DNA of 64,000 nucleotides from an uncultured Thermoleophilaceae bacterium. Lineage in GTDB: Bacteria > Actinomycetota > Thermoleophilia > Solirubrobacterales > Thermoleophilaceae. The stretch spans positions 1-64,000 of the forward strand of contig CAVSNA010000003.1 in assembly GCA_963729205.1 (NCBI GenBank), in the 5' to 3' direction. Within the stretch, counting starts at the first letter, position 1; every line of letters begins with the position of its first letter. The notes beneath the pieces were generated by a model that ran no database searches, was not told the DNA's origin, and worked only from the letters and a program-made list of their open reading frames with translations. The position numbers and the translations under genes are program-made. Below, one piece after another: positions 44,652 to 56,824 of the stretch.

Positions 44652-45556
44652 TCAGTCGCTCTCTGCTTTCTGCTCTCCGCTCTCGCGCGCGCCGTGCGGC
44701 ATCGCGCTGAGGAGCGCTGGAGTGGCGCGCTCGAGCGCCTCCCAGCCGATGTCGCGCTCGCGCTCCTCCCGCTCGGCGGCGGCGCCGCCGCGGAAGCCGA
44801 ACAGGCGCTTGGCCCGCAGCAGGTAGAGGACGACGGCGACGTTGATGATCAGCGTGAGGACCTTCAGCACGCGATCCCTTGGTCACGATCTCGTAGATCT
44901 CGAAGGGGATGAACGCGGTGGTGGCGATGAAGGTCAGGTATTCGGCCCAGCGCTTCTGGAACCAGAGCCCGACGGCCTCGACTCCCTCGATCGCCGCGTA
45001 GATCCGCGACCACGATGCCGATCTTGGTCAGCGTGCCGCGCTCGATCGAGAACACGTGGCGCAGCTCGTCGATCACGCCGTGGTGGCGATGGGCGGGGCC
45101 GCCGAGCCCGCTCTCGAGGTCCGACAGCGCGCGGAACACCGGCTCGCGAAGGTGAGCCGCGTTCGCGGCGAACAGCAGGATCACCACCGCGAGGGCGGCG
45201 AGCACCACGAAGTGGAAGGCGCGGTCGATCGCGATCAGCCGCAGCACGACCTTGTCGCGCAGCGCCTTCCCGCGCAGCGGCAGCTCGATCTCGTCGCGGT
45301 CGGGCGGGTGGCGCCGGGTGGGGTCGGACGGCCGCTCCAGCAGCAGCCAGCTGTCGCAGCGCACGCAGCGGTGCCAGCGCAGCCCGTCCGGGCCCTCGCG
45401 CGCGACAAGCGCGTCCTCCGGCCGCAGCTCGGCGGCTCCGATTCCGATCAGCTCGTGCCCCGAGGACCCGCAGACGATCAGCTCCCAGTGCAGCTTGGGG
45501 CGGAAGCGGCGTGGCTTCTCGGTGCCGGGCGGCTTCGAGGGCGCGCTCGCCATGGC
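44652..45556 (-). CDS. Hypothetical membrane protein (zinc-ribbon-like N-terminus CGSSGHE...RCVRCDSW, two or three TM helices), with a frameshift near 44900
   Basis: An ORF fragment pair sharing conserved hydrophobic segments (FVVLAALAVVILLFA, VLTLIINVAVVLYLL). No catalytic motif. Confidence 0.4.
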
Positions 45557-45630
45557 GCGCACCGTATCCGCCGTCACCCTCGAGCGGACGCCAGGCCCGT
45601 CCCGTCCTGACCCCAAATAGGATCTGACCC

Positions 45631-46329
45631 GTGCTAGAGGCCGAAGCCCAGGTCGTCGCGCAGCGAGCCAGTGGCGGAGCGGAGGTGGTGGTCGACCACG
45701 TGTCGAAGAGGTTCGGCCGCGTGGTGGCCGTCAGCGAGGCGTCGCTGCGCCTCGAGCCCGGCGAGTTCGTGGCGCTGAACGGCCCCTCCGGCTGCGGCAA
45801 GAGCACGCTGCTCAACATGATCGGCAGCCTGGCGCTGCCGGACTCGGGCACGATCGCTGTGGACGGCCAGTCAATCGCGACCGTGGACTCCACCGCGGCC
45901 TATCGCCGAGCCACCGTCGGCTTCGTCTTCCAGCTCCACCACCTGCTCCCGATGCTCACCGCCGGTGGCAACGTGGAGGTGCCGCTGATCGGCGCGCGCG
46001 TCGGCCGCAAGGAGCGCCGGGAACGCGCGCGGGAGCTGCTCGCGGAGGTGGGCCTCGCCGAGCGCGTGGACCACCTGCCCTCGCAGCTGTCGGGCGGCGA
46101 GCGCCAGCGCGTGGCCGTGGCGCGCGCCCTGGCGAACCGGCCGCGCCTGTTGCTCGCCGACGAGCCCACCGGCGCGCTCGACTCCACCAGCAGCCTGCGC
46201 GTGCTCGACCTGCTCGCCGGGCTCCGGCAGCGCTACGGGATGACGATGCTCGTGGTGAGCTACGACCCCGAGGTCGGCCGCCACGCGGACCGCACCGTGC
46301 GGATGCGCGACGGTCAGATCCTCGGCTAG
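45631..46329 (+). CDS. ABC transporter ATP-binding protein (MacB/LolD-type)
   Basis: GPSGCGKST (Walker A), [15 protein letters not shown] (signature), [12 protein letters not shown] (Walker B). Intact. Confidence 0.8.
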   Translation: MLEAEAQVVAQRASGGAEVVVDHVSKRFGRVVAVSEASLRLEPGEFVALNGPSGCGKSTLLNMIGSLALPDSGTIAVDGQSIATVDSTAAYRRATVGFVFQLHHLLPMLTAGGNVEVPLIGARVGRKERRERARELLAEVGLAERVDHLPSQLSGGERQRVAVARALANRPRLLLADEPTGALDSTSSLRVLDLLAGLRQRYGMTMLVVSYDPEVGRHADRTVRMRDGQILG

Positions 46330-47444
46330 GCCCTGGCGAGCGACTCGGCCGGCATCAGGCGCGTGACGCGCCAGGCGGGGTAGAGGCCGCCCAGCACCCC
46401 GATCGCGACTCCGACGAGCACGCCGCGGCCGAGGCCCCAGGCGGTGATCTCGGGCGACACGAACGCCTGCGCGCCCAGGGCGCTGACCGCGATCTGCGCG
46501 GCGGCCAGGCCCAGCGCAAGGCCGATGCCGGCGCCCAGCAGGCTGACCGCCACGCCCTCGCCGAGGATCAGCGAGGCCACCCGTCCCTGGCTCCAGCCCA
46601 CGGCGGACATGAGGGCGAGCTCGCGCTCGCGCTCCAGCACGGCCATGGCCATCGTGTTCGTCACGCCGATGCCGCCGAGGGCCAGCGCGAGCACGACGAT
46701 CACGAGCACGGCCTTGCTGATGAGCAGGCTGTTGGCATCCGCGCGCGCGGCCTCGCCGGGGTCGTTGATCGCCAGCGTGCCGGGGAAGCGGCGCTCGATC
46801 ATCTTCGTGGTCGGCCCGGCGCGGGCGTTGCGCTTGAGGGCGATCGCGATCGTGGTGGCGCCGCCCACATGCCCTGCGATCGCCTGCGCCTGGCGCAACC
46901 CCATCACCACGCCCGAGTCCTCGAACGTCACGCCCGAGTGGAAGATGCCGGACACCGTGTAGGGCTTCCCCTTGATCTTCAGCGGGGAGCCGGGCTGCAG
47001 GTGGGCCTGCTTGGCGAACTGGTCGCCGACGATCACGGTCCGGGGCCCGGTCGCGCGCGTGCCCGCGGTGATCACGAGGCGCTGCCCGGCGAAGCTGGTC
47101 GGGTCGATGCCGAACACGATCGCCGACGGCTGATGCAGGATCGACTCGATCACGAGCTGGATCGGGGTGGCCTCGGCGATGCCGGGCTGCTGCTCGAGCT
47201 CAGCGACCATCGAGGTGGGCAGCACCGACGCGGTCGGGTCGGACACGCCCTTCTGGAACAGGCCGATGTCCGCCCGGCCGAGGTGGATGAAGCCGCTGGC
47301 GCTGTGCTTCAGCCCGTCGCCCAGGGCGATGAGCGCGACGATCGCGGCCACGCCCACGCCGATTCCCGTCGCGGTCAGGATCGTCCGCGCCAGCCGTCTG
47401 CGCAGGCTGGTGACGATCAGGCCGGTCAAGCGGTCGTTCTCGAC
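46326..47444 (-). CDS. FtsX-family ABC transporter permease (MacB-type, with a periplasmic domain)
   Basis: An N-terminal TM helix, a periplasmic domain of about 200 aa, then three C-terminal TM helices ending LYPAWRVTRLMPAESL. It converges on, and overlaps by 4 bp, the ATPase gene on the opposite strand. Confidence 0.7.
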   Translation of the reverse strand, partial: VENDRLTGLIVTSLRRRLARTILTATGIGVGVAAIVALIALGDGLKHSASGFIHLGRADIGLFQKGVSDPTASVLPTSMVAELEQQPGIAEATPIQLVIESILHQPSAIVFGIDPTSFAGQRLVITAGTRATGPRTVIVGDQFAKQAHLQPGSPLKIKGKPYTVSGIFHSGVTFEDSGVVMGLRQAQAIAGHVGGATTIAIALKRNARAGPTTKMIERRFPGTLAINDPGEAARADANSLLISKAVLVIVVLALALGGIGVTNTMAMAVLERERELALMSAVGWSQGRVASLILGEGVAVSLLGAGIGLALGLAAAQIAVSALGAQAFVSPEITAWGLGRGVLVGVAIGVLGGLYPAWRVTRLMPAESLARA

Positions 47445-47494
47445 TGGCGCGGATCCGGCATCGCCGGCGGATCCTACGGCCGCGGGGCAGCCGG

Positions 47495-48011
47495 TCAGCG
47501 GGCGGGTTCGCGCGGGGACTGGGCCGGCGGGTGCGCCTCGATGGCGAGCGCGCCCACGGGCCGCCCGACCTCGATCATCGCGTCGACCAGCCCCAGCACG
47601 CTCTTGTGCGACTCCGAGCTCGTGCGCGCCGCCCTGGCGGCGGCCCGGCCGACGGAGCCGAGCGACCAGCCGGCCATGAGGAGCGACAGCCGGGACGGGC
47701 CGGCCACGCTCGGGCGTCTGCTCGGCGAGCCATTCGAGGCACATGCGCGCCCGCGCGCGCCGGACCCGGCGGCAGCTGCTCGTGCCGACCACCTTCGCCG
47801 CGTATTCGTAGAGGTCCTGGCGACGGTCGTCGGGCAGGCCGTCGTTATACGCGCGCAGGAACGCGCCGATGACTGGACAGGTCGAGCTCGGGTGGTCGCT
47901 GAACGGTTCACCCGCGAGCATCGAGGCGAGCTCCATCACGCAGGCTCCCTGGTCAGGCCCCTGGTGACGGCCCCGCGTCAGGCGGACGGTCTGGTGGCTG
48001 ATGGAGGACAT
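47495..48011 (-). CDS. Hypothetical protein encoded upstream of the FtsX permease, with a frameshift near 47700
   Basis: The ORF starts MSSISHQTVRLTRG...CPVIGAFLRAYNDGLPDDRRQDLYEYAAKVVG. The tail is in a second frame. No recognisable family. Confidence 0.3.
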
Positions 48012-48143
48012 CGCTGCTCCTTCGACGAGCGGTTTGCGTGCCGAGCCTCCCTTCCAGAAAGTGTGACGCAGCGTGCAAGCCCAGTCGAGTACGGACGCGC
48101 CTAGTTTCCCTCGGGCGGGCCTCGGGTAGCCGGACTGCAGGAG

Positions 48144-48446
48144 GTGGCGAGAGTGCTCCAGATCACTCCGGCGGCCGCACAGGCGATCACCGCCATCACA
48201 TTGTCGGTCCCCGGCAGCGCCGGGGTGCGAATAACCACGATGCCCCAGGCATCCACCAACGGCAACGGCCCGGTGGCGGTCTTCGACTTCTATCCCGCGC
48301 CCGAGCCGGAAGAGGCGGACGAGGTGGTCGAGGAGCGTGGGGTCCAGGTCTTCCTCGAGCCGGACGTCGTGCCTCTGCTCGACGACAAGCTCCTCGACGC
48401 CGACCTGGACGGCGACGAGGTCCGCTTCACGGTCGAGCCGGGCTGA
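48144..48446 (+). CDS. Small HesB/IscA-like-fold protein lacking the Fe-S-ligating cysteines
   Basis: ITPAAAQAI...GVRI...FDFYP...EERGVQVFLEPDVVPLLDDKLLD follows the IscA-type pattern but has no Cys. Weak. Confidence 0.35.
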   Translation: MARVLQITPAAAQAITAITLSVPGSAGVRITTMPQASTNGNGPVAVFDFYPAPEPEEADEVVEERGVQVFLEPDVVPLLDDKLLDADLDGDEVRFTVEPG

Positions 48447-48636
48447 TCGCCCGCCTCGCGAGCGCGCTCGATACCTGGCGCGGAATCCCTCACTGGCCTC
48501 GGGGTAGCCACGCGCGGTAAGGTGGAAAACACGCTGGACCGGCATGGAAGCCGTCGGCTCTCCTGGTTCCGGACCGGCGGAGGAGGGCGGAGTGGGGAGA
48601 GATCGCGATCTCGAGCCCGGCCACCGGTACGCGTCT

Positions 48637-49033
48637 ATGGCACCGGACGAACTGGTCCGCTGTCTCTTCGACGCCTTCGGACGGCACGACCTCGACGCCT
48701 TCTTCGCCCTGCTGGATCCCGGACGTGGAGTTCAGGCCGGTGGATGCCCTCGGCCTGATCGGCGGCACCGGCTACGGGCTGGACGCGCTGCACGCGCTCT
48801 TGGAGGAGCTGGAGCGAGGGGGCAGCGCCCCGATGGCGGTGCCGCGCACGATCGAGGTCATCGACGACGAGCTGGTGCTGGCCGTCGGGGTCATCTCGGA
48901 GCGCGGACAGGTGGGCGGACGCTTCGCGTCTGCGGTCGCGTGGCTGTTCAGGGTCAGGGAGGGCCGGATCCTCGCCGTCTTCGGCTACCCCACCGAGGCC
49001 GCGGCCAGGCGCGCTCTCAAGGACTGGAGCTAG
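48637..49033 (+). CDS. SnoaL/NTF2-like small protein, with a frameshift near 48720
   Basis: LVRCLFDAFGRHDLDAFFALLDPD then VEFRPVDALG... in a second frame. About 130 aa in total. Confidence 0.45.
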
Positions 49034-49076
49034 GTCTCGACCAAACGTCCCTCGGGCGGCTAGGCTGCACGCCGCC

Positions 49077-49761
49077 ATGGCGGACTCGCCCACGATCGTC
49101 CTCGTGCACGGCGCCTGGCACGGCTCCTGGGGCTGGGAGCGCGTGGCCGGGGCGCTGCGCGAGCGCGGGTTCGACGTCACTGCCGTAGACCTGGCGAGCC
49201 ACGGGGCGGACACCGGGCGACCTCTACGACGACGTCGAGGTGGTGCGGGGCGCCATCGCGGCGGTGGACGGGCCGGTCGTGGTGGTGGCGCACTCCTACG
49301 GCGGGGTTCCCACCACGGAGGCCACCGCCGGCGCGTCCAACGTCGCCCACATCGTCTACCTCACGGCCTTCATGCTCGACGAGGGCGAGTCGCTGTTCGC
49401 AACCGTCGGGAGCGTGGTGCCGGACTGGTGGATCGTGGCCGACGACCGCCGCACGGTCACGGTCGATCACCCCGAGGCGATCTTCTACAACGCCTGCCCG
49501 CCCGAGCTCGCGGCCGAGGCCGCCGCGCGGCTCGAGCCGCAGTCGATCCCGTCCTTCGAGCAGCCGGTCCGGGCGGTGGGGTGGAGGGACGTCCCCACCA
49601 CCTACGTGATCTGCGATCAGGATGCGGCGATCCCGGTGTTCGCCCAGGAGCAGATGTCTCAGCGGGCGGGCGACGTGCGCCGCCTGGACGCCGACCACTC
49701 ACCGTTCCTGATGGTGCCGGACGAGGTGATCGCGCTGATCGCCGAGATCGCCAGCGCCTGA
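49077..49761 (+). CDS. Alpha/beta hydrolase (methylesterase / SABP2-like), with a frameshift near 49215
   Basis: IVLVHGAWHGSWGWERV, VVVAHSYGG (GxSxG nucleophile), a catalytic-His region and DADHSPFL. Confidence 0.6.
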
Positions 49762-49795
49762 CCCTGGTCGGGCGGTCCCTTACACTGCCGCGCCC

Positions 49796-50876
49796 ATGGC
49801 GGACCGAGTCGTCTTCTTCACCGGCTTCCCGGGCTTCATCGGGCGGCGCCTGGTGGCGCGCCTGCTCGAGGACGGGCGCAAGGTCCGCATAGCGGCGCTG
49901 GTCGAGCCGCGCTTCGCCGAGCAGGCTCGCGCGGTGGCCGCGGAACTCGACTCGGACCGGATCGAGATCCTTCCGGGCGACATCGGGGACCGCCGCCTGG
50001 GGCTTGACGAGGCGACCTACGCGCGCCTGACCTCGGAGGTCACGAGCGCGCACCACCTCGCCGCCATCTACGACCTGGCGGTGCCGCTCGAGCTGGCACA
50101 GCGCGTGAACGTGGAGGGCACCGGCAACGTGCTCGACCTGTGCGCGCGTTGCACTCGCTTCGAGCGGCTCAACTACGTGAGCACCGCGTACGTGGCGGGC
50201 GACCGCACCGGCGTGGTCTACGAGCACGAGCTGGCGCTCGGCCAGGGCTTCAAGAACCACTACGAGTCCACCAAGTTCCAGGCGGAGCTGTGGGTGCGCC
50301 AGGCGATGCAGCGCGTGCCCACCACCATCTACCGGCCGGCGATCGTGGTGGGCGACTCGCGCACCGGGGAGACCCAGAAGTTCGACGGCCCCTATTACAT
50401 GCTGCGCACGATCGCGCGCGCGACGCACGACGGCACCCCGATCGTCCAGTTCGGGCGCTCCGAGGCGCCCTTCAACTGCGTGCCGGTGGACTTCATCGTC
50501 GACGCGATCGCCGCCGCGGCCGGCGACCCCGACGCCGTGGGGGAGACGCTGCATCTGGTGGACCCGGCGCCGATCACCGCCGCCGAGCTGGGCGAGCTGT
50601 TCAGCCAGGAGTACGCCGGCCGCAAGCCGCGCTACCGCGTGCCGCCGGGCCTGATCGAGAACGCGCTACGCGTGAAGAGGGTGCGTGACGCCTTCGGCGG
50701 CGCCCCTCACGAGGCGATCCGCTACCTGAACCACCCGGTCCGCTTCGACACCCGCCGCGCGGACGACGCTGCTCGCGCGCCACGGCCTTCGCTGCCCGCG
50801 GCTCGAGGAGTACGTGGGACCGATCGTGAAGTTCTTCCGCGAGCACGAGAGCGATCCCGCGCTCGTGCCCGGCGCA

Positions 50877-50880
<4 letters not shown>
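49796..50880 (+). CDS. NAD(P)-dependent epimerase/dehydratase or thioester-reductase-like SDR (NAD_binding_4 type), with a frameshift near 50770
   Basis: VFFTGFPGFIGRRL (Rossmann), YVSTAYV, NHYESTKFQAE (YxxxK). Confidence 0.55.
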
Positions 50881-51545
<665 letters not shown>

Positions 51546-51557
51546 AGTGTACTTCAG

Positions 51558-51597
51558 TGATCCTGATTACGACTCATCTAGTCCTAAATCAGGACCA
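51558..51597. promoter_or_regulatory. Inverted repeat TCCTGATT-N18-AATCAGGA in the HxlR/MFS divergent region, a candidate HxlR operator
   Basis: Read directly from the sequence in an AT-richer stretch. Confidence 0.35.
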
Positions 51598-51643
51598 TGT
51601 GTTACCCTGCCAAAATCCCAGATCGTGAGGAGGCCGCCGACCG

Positions 51644-53123
51644 ATGACTGACCGAAACCGCTGGATCGCCCTCTACGTGCTCTGCACGGGCATGCTGATG
51701 ATCGTCCTCGACGTGACCGTCGTGAACGTCGCGCTGCCCTCGATCCAGAGGGACCTCGGCTTCTCTCAGTCGACCCTCGCCTGGGTGGTCAACGCCTACC
51801 TGATCTCCTTCGGCGGGCTGCTGCTCCTGGCGGGGCGCTTCGGCGACATCCTCGGCCGCAAGGACGTGTTCCTGGCGGGGCTGGCCGTGTTCACGCTGGC
51901 GTCGGTGCTCTGTGGCCTGTCGCAGAGCCAGGGCCTGCTCGTCGGCGGCCCGCTTCATCCAGGGCATCGGCGGGGCGATGACCTCGGCGGTGATCCTGGG
52001 GATGATCGTGACGATGTTCCCGGAGCCGCGGGACCAGGCGAAGGCGATCGGCGCCTACGGCTTCGTGGCGTCGGCCGGCGGCTCGGTCGGCCTGCTCGCC
52101 GGCGGCGTGCTCACGCAGTCGATCAACTGGCACTGGATCTTCTTCATCAACATCCCGATCGGAATCGTCACGGCGGTGCTGGCCACGCGGCTGATCGAGC
52201 GCGACAAGGGCATCGGCATGGGCGACGGGGCCGACATTCCCGGCGCCGTGCTGATCACCAGCGCGCTGATGCTGGGCGTCTACACGATCGTCAAGCCCGC
52301 CGCGGAGGACGGCTGGGGCTCGGGCCGGACGCTGCTCTTCGCCGCGGTCTCGCTGCTGCTGCTTGCCGGGTTCATCGCCCGCGAGGCCACGGCGCGCAAC
52401 CCGCTGGTGCCGCTGGGCATCTTCCGGTCGCGCAACATATCGGGGGCGAACCTGGTGCAGGCGCTCACGGTCGCCGGCATGTTCGGCCTGTTCTTCCTCG
52501 GATCGCTCTACATGCAGCGGGTGCTCGGCTACGACCCGCTCCAGATCGGCTTCGCCTTCCTGCCCTGCACACTGGTGATGGGCACGATTTCCCTGCGCTA
52601 CTCCGAGAGGCTCGTGATGCGCTTCGGCGCGAAGAACGTCCTGATCCCCGGCATGGTGTTCGTGATAGTCGGCCTGCTGCTGTTCGCCCGCGCGCCCGTG
52701 GACGGCACGTACGTGCGCGACGTGCTGCCCACGATGCTGGTCCTCGCGGCCGGCATCGGGGTCGCGTTCCCGGCGCTGATGGCCCTCGCGATGTCCGGCG
52801 CGACGCCGGAGAACGCCGGTCTGGCGTCCGGCCTCGTGAACACGTCCGCCCAGGTGGGCGGCGCGCTGGGCCTGGCGGTCCTTGCCACCGTCTCGGCCAC
52901 CCGCACCAACCACCTCCTTGGCATCGGAGAGTCCCAGGCCTCTGCGTTGACGAGCGGCTATCACCTGGCGTTCCTGATCGGCGCGGCGCTCGTGGTGGTC
53001 GGCATCGTCGTCGCGGCCCTGGTCATCGAGCCGGTGAAGCACCCCCAGGCCGCGCACGGCGGCGGAGCCCGAGGCCGAGGCCGAGCACGCCCACCGCGAG
53101 CCGGTCTACTCGGACGCCCGCTA
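51644..53123 (+). CDS. MFS transporter, DHA2 (EmrB/QacA) drug-efflux family, with frameshifts near 51945 and 53060
   Basis: LDVTVVNVALPSIQRDLGF, and 14-TM-type hydrophobic periodicity. Confidence 0.65.
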
Positions 53124-53140
53124 GGTCCGCACCGCCGCGG

Positions 53141-53704
53141 TCAGGCGGCGGTGCGCTGGAACAGCACGTGATCGCTCCACACCCCGGCGATCTGCAGGTA
53201 CCTGGGCGCGACTCCGATCCTCACGAAGCCGTTCTTCTCGATCACTCGCTGAGAGCCGTAGTTGTCGAGCAGGGTGCCCGCCTCGATGCGGTGTAGACCG
53301 AGTTCGCCGAAGGCGTGATCGCAGACCAGCCCGAGCGCGCGCGTGGCGATCCCGCGGCCGTTGTGCTGCTCGGCCACCCAGTAGCCGACGTTGGCGCTCT
53401 GGAACGCGCCCCGCACCACGTTCGAGATGTTGATCAACCCCACCGGCTGCCCGTTCAGCACGATCACGAACGGATAGGCGGTGCCCGCGGTGCGGCGGTC
53501 GGTGAGCTGGGCGATGTGCCGGCGCTGCCCCTCGTAGGTGAAGAAGACCTCCGGGCGCAGGGGCTCGAGCGGCGCCAGGAACTCGCGATTCTCGGTGTAG
53601 ATCTCGGCCATGGCCCGCGCGTCGGTGAGAGCGAGCGGGCGGATGCCCGAGCGCTCGGCCAGCGAGCTCAGCGTCTGACGATCTTCTGTGTCGGCCACAT
53701 CCAC
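53141..53704 (-). CDS. GNAT-family N-acetyltransferase (RimJ/RimL-like)
   Basis: VGYWVAEQHNGRGIATRAL, HRIEAGTLLDNYGSQRVIEKNGF. Confidence 0.7.
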   Translation of the reverse strand: MDVADTEDRQTLSSLAERSGIRPLALTDARAMAEIYTENREFLAPLEPLRPEVFFTYEGQRRHIAQLTDRRTAGTAYPFVIVLNGQPVGLINISNVVRGAFQSANVGYWVAEQHNGRGIATRALGLVCDHAFGELGLHRIEAGTLLDNYGSQRVIEKNGFVRIGVAPRYLQIAGVWSDHVLFQRTAA

Positions 53705-53739
53705 TCCCCGTGGCGGCCGCAGAAGCTGGGGGCTGGTCG

Positions 53740-55870
53740 TGCGATCCTCTGCGTCTTCTGAAGCGGCTGCGCCATTCCCTGCCCGGGCAGATTAGCGTCG
53801 GCCTCGCGCTGACGTGCTCTCTGCTCGCACCCTCGCCGGCACGCGCCCTCAGCCCGACCGGGGTGAACGTGTTCGTCGGCTCGCTCGGCGGAGGGAACAC
53901 CACGCCGGCGGCTGCCGTGCCGTTCGGGTTCGCCCAGGCGGGACCGGACACGATCAAGGCTCCCAGCTCCGGTTACGCGCCGGGCCAGCCGCTGCTCGGC
54001 TTCAGCCAGACGCACCTCTCCGGCACCGGTGGCGCCGGCAAGTACGGGAACTTCCGGGTCACGCCGTCGCTGGGCGCCATGCCCACCACGCTCGACTCCG
54101 AGGCCGGTCTTCCAGGCAGCTACGGGGCGCGTCTGGATGGCGGCCGGATCACGGCCCGGCTCACCGCCACTCGGATGGGCGCCGTGCACCGCTACGTGTT
54201 TCCGGCGACCCGCCAGGCCAGGGTCACGATCGACCCCGGCTCGGTGATCGACACGGGACGGCTCGCTCAGCGGGTGTTGCGCTCGTCGCTGCGCGTCACG
54301 GGGCCGCGGACGGTCGAGGGCGGCGGCACCTTCTCAGGCGGCTGGAACCCCGGCAGCTACACGCTCTGGTTCGCAGCCCGCTTCGACCGCGCGCCGCGGG
54401 CGCGGCTCGCGCACGGCGACACCTGGGTGTTCGACACGCGCGGCCGGCGCGCCGTGGAGCTGTCGATCGGCCTCTCGTTCCGCTCGCCGGCCGCCGCGCG
54501 GCGGAACATCCCGCACGGGGGCTTCGCGCGCACGCGGCGGGCGGCGCAGGCGACCTGGGGGCGTGCGCTCGGTCGCATCGCGATCACGGGCGGCAGCCCC
54601 GAGCAGCGCGGCGTCTTCGCGACGCGCGCTCTACCACTCGCTGCTGATGCCCCACGACCTCACGGGCGACAACGCCTGGTGGCGCTCCAGCGAGCCGCAC
54701 TATGAGGACCTGCTGGCGCTCTGGGACACGTTCCGCACGCAGAACCCGCTGCTCGGGCTGGTGTATCCGGAGCGCGAGACCGCCATCGTGCGGTCGCTGC
54801 TCGACACCTACCGCCACACCGGCTGGCTTCCCGATGCGCGCGTGGCGGGCGCCCCCGGCGTGACGCAGGTCGGCTCCGACGCGGACATCGTGGTTGCCGA
54901 TGCCATCGTGAAAGACCTGCCCGGCATCGATCGCCGGCTGGCGTACCGGGCGCTCGTGAAGGACGCCTCCGTCCAGCCGCCACACCCGGCCATCGAGGGT
55001 CGCGACCTGCGCGACTACACACGGCTCGGCTACGTGAGCCTGTCGGAGCCGCGCTCGGCGTCGCGCACGATGGAGTACTCCTACGACGACTTCGCGGTGG
55101 GGGAGGTGGCGCAGCGCCTCGGGCGCGAGCGCGACGCCGCGCGCTGGTTCGCCCGCTCGCGCAGCTGGAGGAGGTTGTGGGATCCCTCCACCCGCTCGAT
55201 CCGGCCGCGCGCGGCCGATGGCAGCTTTCTCACGCCGTTCGAGCCGGCGCAGAGGCTGTTCGGCTTCGGGCAACCGCTCTACGAGGGCTCGGCGCTCGAG
55301 TACTCGACCTTCGTGCCGCACGACGCGCAGGGGCTGATCGACCTCCTCGGCGGCGACTCGGCGGCGGTTGGCTGGCTCGACTCTCTGTTCGCGAGCGGCG
55401 CCTACGACCCCGCCAACGAGCCGGACCTGCTCGCTCCCTATCTCTATATCCACGCGGGGCGACCGGACCGCACCGACGACGTGGTACGCGAACTGATGGC
55501 GAACTTCTATTCCGGCGGCCGCGCGAGCCTGCCCGGCAACGACGACTCCGGCGCACTGTCTTGCTGGTACGTGTGGAACGCGATCGGGTTGTATCCGAAC
55601 GCCGGCCAGCCCTACTACTACATAGGCTCGCCGCTCTTCACGCGCACGCGCATCGCGCTTCCGGGACGGCGCACCTTCACGATCTCGGCCCCGGCCAGCT
55701 CGGACGCCAATCGTTACGTGGTGGGCGCCACGCTCGACGGCCACCCGCTCGAGCGCGCCTGGCTGAGCCACGCCGAGGTGGCGCGCGGAGGGCTGCTGCG
55801 GCTCGACATGGGGCCGTCGCCCTCCGGCTGGGCCGGCTCAGCCCGACCGTTCTCGCTCCCCGCTGGATAG
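53740..55870 (+). CDS. Secreted glycoside hydrolase family 92 (alpha-1,2-mannosidase-like), with a frameshift near 54610
   Basis: Signal peptide. VFVGSLGGGNTTPAAAVPFGFAQAGPDT, GFSQTHLSGTGG, GNDDSGALSCWYVWNAIGLYP. Confidence 0.65.
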
Positions 55871-55880
55871 GGTCACGTGG

Positions 55881-56666
55881 GTGTCGACCGACCAGCAGCC
55901 GCTCGCGGGCCGCCGAGCGCTTGTCACGGGCGGGGCCACCGGCATCGGTCGCGCCACCGCGGCGCGGCTGGCCGCCGACGGCGCCGCCGTGGTCGTCAAC
56001 TACGTGGGGGACACGGAGCCGGCCGCAAGCGCGGTGAGCGAGATCGACGCGGCCGGCGGCCGGGCACTCGCCATCGCCGCCGACGTGTCGAACGAGGAGC
56101 AGGTCGTGGCGATGTTCGAGCGAGCGGGAGCCGAGCTCGGCGGGCCCGTGGACCTGCTGGTGAACAACGCCGGGATCGAGTCGCCGTTCGCGCTCGTCGA
56201 CATGCCGCTCGAGGAGTGGAACAAGGTGATCGCTGTGAACCTCACGGGCGGGTTCCTCTGCTCCCGTGAGGCCGCGCGGGGAATGCTGGGGGCGGGCGCC
56301 AAGGGCGCGATCGTGAACGTATCAAGCGTCCACGAGGTGATCCCGTGGCCGGGCTTCGGGCACTACTGCGCGTCGAAGGGCGGGCTGAAGCTGTTCGCGC
56401 AGACGATCGCCCGCGAGCTGGCGCCGAGCGGCATCCGCGTGGTGAACGTGGCGCCCGGAGCCATCCTCACGCCGATCAACCAGGCGCTCATAGACGACCC
56501 AGCGATGCTCGCCGCCGTGGAGGAGGAGATCCCCCTCGGCCGCACCGGCCTTCCCGAGGAGGTCGCAGCAGCGATCGCGTGGGTGGCTGGGCCCGAAGCC
56601 GAGTATGTGGTCGGGTCCACGCTGTTCGTTGATGGGGGCATGACGCTGTATCCGAAGTTCATCTGA
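55881..56666 (+). CDS. Short-chain dehydrogenase/reductase (classical SDR)
   Basis: VTGGATGIGRA (TGxxxGxG), NNAG, YCASKGG (YxxxK). Intact. Confidence 0.8.
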   Translation: MSTDQQPLAGRRALVTGGATGIGRATAARLAADGAAVVVNYVGDTEPAASAVSEIDAAGGRALAIAADVSNEEQVVAMFERAGAELGGPVDLLVNNAGIESPFALVDMPLEEWNKVIAVNLTGGFLCSREAARGMLGAGAKGAIVNVSSVHEVIPWPGFGHYCASKGGLKLFAQTIARELAPSGIRVVNVAPGAILTPINQALIDDPAMLAAVEEEIPLGRTGLPEEVAAAIAWVAGPEAEYVVGSTLFVDGGMTLYPKFI

Positions 56667-56675
56667 GGGGACTCG

Positions 56676-56795
56676 GGTGTCGGGTCTCGGGTGTCGGGAC
56701 CGCCCGCGTCCTTTCTTACGTTGACGTAGCCGGTCTTCTCGGGACATGGTCGGGTTGAAAGCCCCGACACCCCAGACCCGAGACCCGACACCCGG
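56676..56795. repeat. Long imperfect inverted repeat (arms of about 28 nt built from tandem GGGTGTCGGG units, about 55-nt spacer) between the SDR gene and the RpiR gene
   Basis: CTCGGGTGTCGGGTCTCGGGTGTCGGG at 56678-56704 pairs with CCCGACACCCCAGACCCGAGACCCGACACCCGG at 56763-56795. Confidence 0.55.
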
Positions 56796-56824
56796 AAGGA
56801 AGTTCCCTGCGGCGCACGAATCAA

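Noticed and set aside
54584-55771. 395-aa minus-strand ORF
   Set aside because: It is antisense to the GH92 gene and has no motifs.
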